A DNA stretch of 64,000 bases from Flavobacteriales bacterium (lineage in GTDB: Bacteria > Bacteroidota > Bacteroidia > Flavobacteriales > BACL11). The stretch's first letter is position 1. The number at the start of each line of letters is the position of its first letter. Below are positions 57,527 to 64,000 of the stretch, piece by piece. The notes under the pieces are model-generated. The model made no database searches, was not told the origin of the DNA, and was given only the letters and a program-made list of their open reading frames with translations. The DNA is taken from contig NZWA01000041.1 in the NCBI GenBank assembly GCA_002697505.1, positions 11,186 through 75,185 of the forward strand. Direction: 5' to 3'. Both the position numbers and the translations under genes were made by a program.

Positions 57527-60500
57527 TTATTGGTCTGAAAATCTTCTTGGTACTATTTTCTCTGTTCCGGTTTCTGGGTCAGAAGGGTTGTCAGATCTGT
57601 CATCTTCTATATTACCTTCATAAAACAAGCTAGTTGAGGTTGAGGCTATTTGGGTATGTTTAAAGGAAGGAGCTAAATCTATATGCACGTTATAGCTTTT
57701 GATTGTAGTTCCTTGTAGGTCGACACTATTGTATTCTTTGCAATCATTTACAGCAAGATAGCCATCAACCATTGTTAACCCAGAATCATTTAGGCCGTGG
57801 CCAAAAGTAAACGATGTAGTTAGTTTCGAAGAGTTATCTGAGTTAACATCTATACCTCTGCCTTCTTCAGTTTTATATTTTCTTTTATCATTATCTTCTC
57901 TGGTTTCAAGACCTCTAACGTACAGACACTCTGTTCTGTCGTCTGCAACTACGTTTCCGTCTTGGTCATGAGTAACTTTTATCTTTCCGGGATACTCAAC
58001 AGGCATATAGGTAGAAGTAGATATTCCTTTTTCTGTATAGTCATCTACAGTAACAAAGTATTTGTCTATGTAGTCTTTAGGTGTTTTATATAATTTTGGA
58101 GCTATCTTGGAATCTACTCTAGTGTTATCAGCTTCTGGGTGATTAAGTACCACGGCTGGAGACTGATTGCATGTGTTAGCTTCTCCCGGTAACAGTGAAG
58201 GTATATCGTTCAAGTTAACAGCGAAAGTATATCTATAGCCGTTTTGGTCATGGCAATCTAGCACTTCGCCCGCTGAATCTAAATCAAACTCAGGAGAAAC
58301 GCTTACTGTAAACATGGCATATTGACCGGGGTGTATGTAGTCCAAAAGCTCTTTATCACCTTTTTCTAGAATAGAGTTATATTGGGCTTTGTTGCTAAAA
58401 GTAGTTTTTGGAAAGAAGGTAAACTCAAAATCTTCGTTGTAGTTTTCTCCGCAGAAGTTTAATTTAGCAAAGTCTGCATAATTTTTTACTATTTTTTGAG
58501 TTTGTTCAGATTTGTCGACTATTGCATCAATATACTCAAAATTAACGTCCGCAAAAGGTTCATAGCTATCATCGGCATCACATAAGCATCCCTCTTGATA
58601 GGCAAGTTTTCCATTTTCTTGTTGACGATTAGAGCTAAGATTTGAAAAAGAAAAGTCGCGTATATCTTTAGTGGCTTCATCTCTTCTCTCTACAGGAATT
58701 ACGTTTCCGTCGTCATCTCTTAGAAAATCTGGGAAAACATAAAGCGCGTGTTGTATCAAAACTTTGTATTTTTGATTAGGTGGAGCAACCCAGTATACAT
58801 TGCCATTTTTTATATTTTCTGAGCTGTAGCTTCCATTAAAAGCATGGCCTATATGGGTATTATCTTTTGGATCATTACATTTGTCTTTTGCTGTAACAGA
58901 GTCGTCCCACTCTATTGTTCTTAAAGACTCTTTAGTTAAGTCTCTCAACCCGTAGGAGGCGGGGAAAACTCTATCAACCACGACATATCCTAGGGACTCA
59001 AGATACTCTTGGCTATGCTCGCAATAATCATCTACGACATATCTAAGCCTGCTGCCTGCTATAGCGTCAGATTCATTATCGAAAGCTAGTTTTCTATCAA
59101 CTAAGTAAAAGTCTCCATACTGATCTGTTTTTTCAGAGTACTCAAAATAAAAGGATTCGCCGCGATTGGCAAAATAAGTTAATGAGTTGTAATAATCCAA
59201 AGCTGCTTGTTGGTTGGCTTCTGTAGACATATTACCAAACACATCTTCGTCGTTTACAGGTTTGATTTTGTAATTGCTAGCAACTTGGTCCTCTAATCCT
59301 TGAGAGGGGCTGAAGTCTCCTAAATTAATATTTAGTTTAAACTTCATTGGGAAGAACCTTTCGTTTGTAAAGTTGACAGGCGTTTCTGGTTTAGGTTCAG
59401 TTATCTCGGTAGGCTTAACACATATTCCCTCTTCTTGAATATCTTTGCAGCTTCTGTCTTTATAAAACTCCCCTTTAAGCTCATCACATTCACTTCTTTT
59501 TAAGTTATTAAAGCAAGAGTTTGTATCTCCGTTACTAACACAGCACGCCCCTTCATCAGATGGATCATATTCGAAAGGAGGAGGGGTCTTCTTTTCTTCT
59601 GTTTCGTTAGGCTTTTCTACATCGTTTTCATCAACTCTTACGTTTTCAACAGGGCCGCCTATGCTCGAGCCATAATCTACCACAGGCGGTGCAGTAGATT
59701 CGTATACTTCCATATTATGCTCTATAGCTGTAATATCATACTTGCTATCATTCTCAATAATATTTACAACTTTAAAAGTTTGCTGTTCTCCAGAAGCTAG
59801 TTCGTCATTGAGAGTGTAATTTCTATTCCTCGTCTTATCTTTATATCTGGGTTCTATAGACCAAATTAAGTTAGCTCCATCTGGATTAGTATATTCAGAA
59901 GAGTAAGCACCTGTGTTACCAGCGGCCAAGTCTCCTATAACAGAAGAGTTGTTGTACCCAGTAATAGAGTACCCAGTGAAATCAAGCCCGCTTTGATGTA
60001 AGCTGTCAAAAAATATTTTTGTTACTATGCCACTACCGCTGACTGAAAAATCTGAATGATAATTTCCAGTGAAAGGTAAAGCCTGAAAACCACTAAAGTA
60101 AATATTCTGAACTTGATTTTTTCTTATCTCTGGATAGTCGGCAGAAGTTAAAGCTTCGTCTGTATTGTCTGCGCTAACCGTTATAGTTTCTACGGTAGTG
60201 GTCTTTGTTTCGCTTGCTGTTCTAGTTCTAGTTTCAAAGGTTTTAACTTTTTTAATGTGATTAAATTGAAAAATATCTTGAAATGCAGTAGTGGGTTGAG
60301 ATGGCGTAGTTTCTCTATATTCAACTCTAGAACTAAGGTGTAGCTTGTTTACGTCTGTAGCAGCAGCATAAGCTGTAATAGGATGTATGACTTTTACTAC
60401 AAGAGAGGTGACCCCTGCAGGTTTTATAAATTTAAGAGATATTTGTTTTGCACTATTAATTAGCAATAAGTTCTCAGAGCTTTTATTGCTTGACTGATGC

Positions 60501-63433
60501 ACATTAGCGCTAAAAGGTATGCGGTGACTAAAAGCATCTTCTTTAGCGTCTAAGTAAGCTATTTCTTCTTGTGCCAAAGATCTAGTTTCATCAGAGACGT
60601 CGGGGTCGGTGCTGTAAAACTGTAAACAGTCAAATATATCACCGTTTCTTCTAGTACTAATTTGAGCTCCTTCGCGAATTGCACCCTCTCCGTGGGTCAT
60701 TTGTTTTTGAGCTTTTTCTCTAAGCTGCGTTTGAGCTCTAGCGGTTCTTACTCCGCCTAATTGCATTATTGATTGAGTTTCTGCTCCTATATATTTAGTT
60801 TCTGCTATTACATTTCCATCTTGGTCTTCAATAACTATTCTTTTAGGAAACCCGGGCTTAGAGCTTTCTCTTACTTTACCGTCGAAATATTCTTTTTTCT
60901 TGGCGCCGTTTTGATAAGAGCTAAAGCCAAAAGAAAACTCTGCTTTACCTTCTGCAACGCTAATAGTTTTAGTAGTCGTAAAAATATTAGTGTTATCTAT
61001 GCTGTCATTAAAGTTATCGCTTAATCTGCCTGCTAGACTCATGCCGGGAGACTTGGGCGATGTGTCCTCTAAAGAAAAAAGGTTAACTGGAGAATCTATA
61101 ACAGTTTCAATTTCTTCTGTTATATTTTCGCCTTCGGTCTCAGTAGTTGTTTCTAAAGTTACATCTTCGACGCAATTAGAAGGAGTTATTTGAGAAGCTT
61201 CATAATAGTTAGTTGGTGTCAGTATTGATAGCTTGTACTCTGTATCAGGAACAAAATGTATAGGCTTATCTATGACTATTGCATTGCCCGTAACAAGCAT
61301 TGACCCGTTGTCATCTGCTCTGTCATAAGTTGAATATAGGCCGCTGGGTATAACGCCAGTCGCAGTTTCTTCAACTTTTAAAGTTCTGCCTGCCAGCTTT
61401 CTGTCATTTCTAAACTCATCATATATTGTAATAACATCTCCGGGCCTGATGTAGTTACCTTCGTTGCCTGCTGTAAATGCTACAGTTTCTGTTTGCAAAA
61501 CTTCACTTCTTAGTATCCACTCACCAAATCTTTTTGCTTGGCCTTCGCTTGTGCATCCTATGGCGCTAGTCTCTATCTCTTTAATTCCATATCTTTGTAT
61601 ACCAAGTTGGTCTTCGGTATAACATATAGAAGGTTGATAAAGATTATTTTTGTCATTGTATCTAACAATAGCTACCGTATGTCTAGCTCGTTTTGCCGAC
61701 GAAGAATATACAAAGTTACCATCTACAACATTAGAGTTGTTAAAAAGATAAATAGGCAGCTTTGGCCTATCTTGAGAAACATATATGCCGCCAAAAGCAA
61801 AATAAACTATAGCTCTGAACGCAGATGCTAAATCATTTACAACTTTATAAGCTTCTTCTCTAGATGTGATAATATGATTAAGAGTGAATCTGGGCTCAAG
61901 TCCACCTTTGCCATCAGCAACAAGTACGTCGCAATATTTAGCTATTTCATACAGTGTCCACTTGTCAACAATGTCACTATCTATATACTCACCTAAGCCG
62001 TATCTGTTATTGGTAATTAAATCGTAAAAACACCACGCAGGGTTATTTGTCCACTCTTTTCTAGCTTCAAAACAACCATCCCAATACCCTAAAGGTTCTG
62101 TATAAGTTCTTAGTATAGGGTCATAGGTGTTGGGTATTTTTACTTTTTGTAATTTTGTTTCATAGGCTCTGCTAGGCAGCCTGCTGAAAAATTCTGCATT
62201 AAATTTAGAATAAACCATACTGCAGTATGGATATCTAATTACAGAGTCGTATATTTCTACTATAGAATCTACAAAAGATTCATTTTTAAGATAGGAATGA
62301 ACAGAGTCAGGGGTGAGGCGGATAATTTTAATTTCCCAGCCTTGAAAGTATTTATAAAATTTACTATCTCTTGGGTTTTCTTTTTTCCAAATGCCTTTTC
62401 TAAAGTCTATCTCAACACTTCTTAAATACGGTTCTTCTATTTTACCGAAGATTACGTCGTCCACATCAGGAATACTTTTCCATGGAACAAATAAATCTTC
62501 TGCGCTGGGAGTTTTTGCAGTATCTGAGCTAGTTATAATGTTTCTTGTATCGTATACAGGTCTAGTGTATATTTGATATCTAATTTTTCTAGCCTTTTGA
62601 TCGCCTTGGCCAAATGTGAGCTGTGCGTTTTGATGCTTTTCTTTTTTGTCGAAAAAGCTCTGCCTGCCTTTGCCTTGTGGCGGAACAATAGCGTTATCAT
62701 AAGGGTCGTCAAAAAGAGTTTCCATCAATCTAGGAATCTTTATATTGACTTGTATGGCGACACACTCTTTATTTAAGACATTATATACTTTTGCATTTCT
62801 GTCTATTTCCCCAAGTAAAGTTGGCGGATTATTAACTTCTTCTTCGCCACCTCCGCCAAAGTCTTCTGAGCCATAAGCTTTGTTATAATCGTTATTAGTA
62901 TTTTCAACTAATTTAGGAGACCTATACCCCGGCGTTTTTTCTGGAGTAGAAAGGTCTATAGAAGGACCAAAAAGTCTGTCTCCTAAAGACCTAAAAACAG
63001 AAAGCTCAAAATCATTAACACCTTTAGAGTTTGCTTGATTAGGTAGACTGTCGTTAAGGGAGGGTATTTCTCCTTGCGGTATACCTTTAACCCAGTTTAA
63101 ATTTACTTCTTGAAAATTATAAAAGCCATCTTTATCAACGACAGGAACTTCATTCCAGTAAACTGAGCGTAAAAAGCCTAAGTCAGTTTTACAGTTACCG
63201 TTTTCATCTAGCGCTGTGTAAGCTGTAAATTTTGAATCATCATATCCTACATTACCTTCCTGCCCTTGGAATCTATATTCTCCGCTAACAATACCTTCTA
63301 TTTCGCCTTCGCAGATTAAGTCAGCAATAACAACTTCGCTTACCGCAGAGTATAATCCTGTTTCTCCAGAATGAAAAACACCTGCTTCATCTGTAATAGG
63401 CGGTCTTGATACGCGTGGATCCTTTTTACCCAT
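57527..63433 (-). CDS. Lambda J-like central tail fibre / host-specificity protein
   Basis: 1968 aa. It contains the J-family motif WTNNPAWCFYDLITNNRYGLG and is preceded by an I-like gene. Confidence 0.8.
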   Translation of the reverse strand: MGKKDPRVSRPPITDEAGVFHSGETGLYSAVSEVVIADLICEGEIEGIVSGEYRFQGQEGNVGYDDSKFTAYTALDENGNCKTDLGFLRSVYWNEVPVVDKDGFYNFQEVNLNWVKGIPQGEIPSLNDSLPNQANSKGVNDFELSVFRSLGDRLFGPSIDLSTPEKTPGYRSPKLVENTNNDYNKAYGSEDFGGGGEEEVNNPPTLLGEIDRNAKVYNVLNKECVAIQVNIKIPRLMETLFDDPYDNAIVPPQGKGRQSFFDKKEKHQNAQLTFGQGDQKARKIRYQIYTRPVYDTRNIITSSDTAKTPSAEDLFVPWKSIPDVDDVIFGKIEEPYLRSVEIDFRKGIWKKENPRDSKFYKYFQGWEIKIIRLTPDSVHSYLKNESFVDSIVEIYDSVIRYPYCSMVYSKFNAEFFSRLPSRAYETKLQKVKIPNTYDPILRTYTEPLGYWDGCFEARKEWTNNPAWCFYDLITNNRYGLGEYIDSDIVDKWTLYEIAKYCDVLVADGKGGLEPRFTLNHIITSREEAYKVVNDLASAFRAIVYFAFGGIYVSQDRPKLPIYLFNNSNVVDGNFVYSSSAKRARHTVAIVRYNDKNNLYQPSICYTEDQLGIQRYGIKEIETSAIGCTSEGQAKRFGEWILRSEVLQTETVAFTAGNEGNYIRPGDVITIYDEFRNDRKLAGRTLKVEETATGVIPSGLYSTYDRADDNGSMLVTGNAIVIDKPIHFVPDTEYKLSILTPTNYYEASQITPSNCVEDVTLETTTETEGENITEEIETVIDSPVNLFSLEDTSPKSPGMSLAGRLSDNFNDSIDNTNIFTTTKTISVAEGKAEFSFGFSSYQNGAKKKEYFDGKVRESSKPGFPKRIVIEDQDGNVIAETKYIGAETQSIMQLGGVRTARAQTQLREKAQKQMTHGEGAIREGAQISTRRNGDIFDCLQFYSTDPDVSDETRSLAQEEIAYLDAKEDAFSHRIPFSANVHQSSNKSSENLLLINSAKQISLKFIKPAGVTSLVVKVIHPITAYAAATDVNKLHLSSRVEYRETTPSQPTTAFQDIFQFNHIKKVKTFETRTRTASETKTTTVETITVSADNTDEALTSADYPEIRKNQVQNIYFSGFQALPFTGNYHSDFSVSGSGIVTKIFFDSLHQSGLDFTGYSITGYNNSSVIGDLAAGNTGAYSSEYTNPDGANLIWSIEPRYKDKTRNRNYTLNDELASGEQQTFKVVNIIENDSKYDITAIEHNMEVYESTAPPVVDYGSSIGGPVENVRVDENDVEKPNETEEKKTPPPFEYDPSDEGACCVSNGDTNSCFNNLKRSECDELKGEFYKDRSCKDIQEEGICVKPTEITEPKPETPVNFTNERFFPMKFKLNINLGDFSPSQGLEDQVASNYKIKPVNDEDVFGNMSTEANQQAALDYYNSLTYFANRGESFYFEYSEKTDQYGDFYLVDRKLAFDNESDAIAGSRLRYVVDDYCEHSQEYLESLGYVVVDRVFPASYGLRDLTKESLRTIEWDDSVTAKDKCNDPKDNTHIGHAFNGSYSSENIKNGNVYWVAPPNQKYKVLIQHALYVFPDFLRDDDGNVIPVERRDEATKDIRDFSFSNLSSNRQQENGKLAYQEGCLCDADDSYEPFADVNFEYIDAIVDKSEQTQKIVKNYADFAKLNFCGENYNEDFEFTFFPKTTFSNKAQYNSILEKGDKELLDYIHPGQYAMFTVSVSPEFDLDSAGEVLDCHDQNGYRYTFAVNLNDIPSLLPGEANTCNQSPAVVLNHPEADNTRVDSKIAPKLYKTPKDYIDKYFVTVDDYTEKGISTSTYMPVEYPGKIKVTHDQDGNVVADDRTECLYVRGLETREDNDKRKYKTEEGRGIDVNSDNSSKLTTSFTFGHGLNDSGLTMVDGYLAVNDCKEYNSVDLQGTTIKSYNVHIDLAPSFKHTQIASTSTSLFYEGNIEDDRSDNPSDPETGTEKIVPRRFSDQ

Positions 63434-63434
63434 A

Positions 63435-64000
63435 TTATCTTTCTTTAGCTTCTATTTTAATTTCATTTCCTACTGTAATGTAGTCGTCACCGTTGCTTAC
63501 TATTATAGTGTTATCGGGCACAGTTGAACTAACATAATTATTAGTAGGGTCACACTCATCTGGAGAGCCATCTGATTTACTCACTTGCTCTGCCCTAGTT
63601 TTCATAACAGTGTCTCCTAGGGTAGGGTTACCGGACTTGTCTTTTAAGTTATTGCCATAGTCGAGTCCGTAACCGTCGTAGCCCCAATAGTTTTTGAAAG
63701 GCACGAAAGTTAATTTATCTGCGGACCTGTTCATATAGTTGCCATTTTTTTGGTCTTTGGTTTCTATGCTTGATTGTATGACATGACTCCCAACTAAAAG
63801 TCTTCCATAGCCTACGAAAACTGGCCCACCTTCTCTTACTGTATTGGCGGGGCCAGTAAATAGAAAAGACGGACGCCCACCGCCTTCTATCTGTCTAAAA
63901 TCTTCAAACTCTGGCATGGGTGTAAGCAGGTTAGCTATACCTGCTGCCATAAGGCCAATGCCCGCCATAAGCAAAGCCGCGCCCATGGGGCCAGCTACAA
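63435..64000 (-). CDS. Lambda gpI-like tail assembly protein (5' end may lie beyond the window)
   Basis: A G/A-rich hydrophobic segment is followed by LLTPMPEF...GGPVFVGYGRLLVGSHVIQSSIET. This matches the lambda I C-terminal pattern (LAP...P...LPVLYGEMRVGSRVVSQEI). The frame stays open to nt 64000. Confidence 0.65.
   Translation of the reverse strand, partial: VAGPMGAALLMAGIGLMAAGIANLLTPMPEFEDFRQIEGGGRPSFLFTGPANTVREGGPVFVGYGRLLVGSHVIQSSIETKDQKNGNYMNRSADKLTFVPFKNYWGYDGYGLDYGNNLKDKSGNPTLGDTVMKTRAEQVSKSDGSPDECDPTNNYVSSTVPDNTIIVSNGDDYITVGNEIKIEAKER

Overview
The window is one contiguous late or structural region of a tailed dsDNA phage, siphovirus-like. There are no rRNA or tRNA genes, no CRISPR array, and no integrase or transposase.

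Layout:
- 1-54614: every gene is on the + strand and tightly packed, with many TAATG or ATGA overlaps.
- 54611-64000: a tail-tip operon runs on the - strand and converges on the tape-measure gene.

Gene order on the + strand:
- a 5'-truncated coiled-coil ORF
- a C2H2 zinc-finger/ERCC4 nuclease
- large terminase, then portal
- a paralogue of the tail-tube candidate
- a 905-aa fibre
- a holin/spanin-like cassette
- scaffold, decoration protein and major capsid protein
- about 25 kb of fibre genes (16.8-41.2 kb)
- a small promoter-driven cassette
- neck genes, the tube candidate and chaperone-position genes
- a 2225-aa tape measure

The - strand carries lambda I-like and J-like genes plus two unknown genes.

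Most notable observations:
1. Seven tandem LamG-type paralogues, plus an eighth LamG domain inside a fibre gene, are interleaved with two collagen-like fibres. A small lipoprotein gene sits inside the array. The layout looks like a duplicated [fibre + tip A + tip B] unit that expanded into a possible library of receptor-binding tips.
2. Cupredoxin-like domains with a complete amicyanin-type His...Cys-x2-His-x2-Met ligand pattern are embedded in two fibre proteins. A third copy has lost the ligands.
3. The 8-mer AGTGTAAT recurs 7-14 nt upstream of the start codons of eight module-leading genes (a ninth gene has the AGTGTATAAT variant, 16 nt upstream). It is a candidate phage late promoter or regulatory element.
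4. The fibre genes are built from a shared vocabulary of repeated modules: collagen G-X-Y blocks, F.GL.DTP units, FTGDG beta-modules and VGDVEISG-polyGly hinges.

All functional calls come from motif reading and gene position. No database search was possible.
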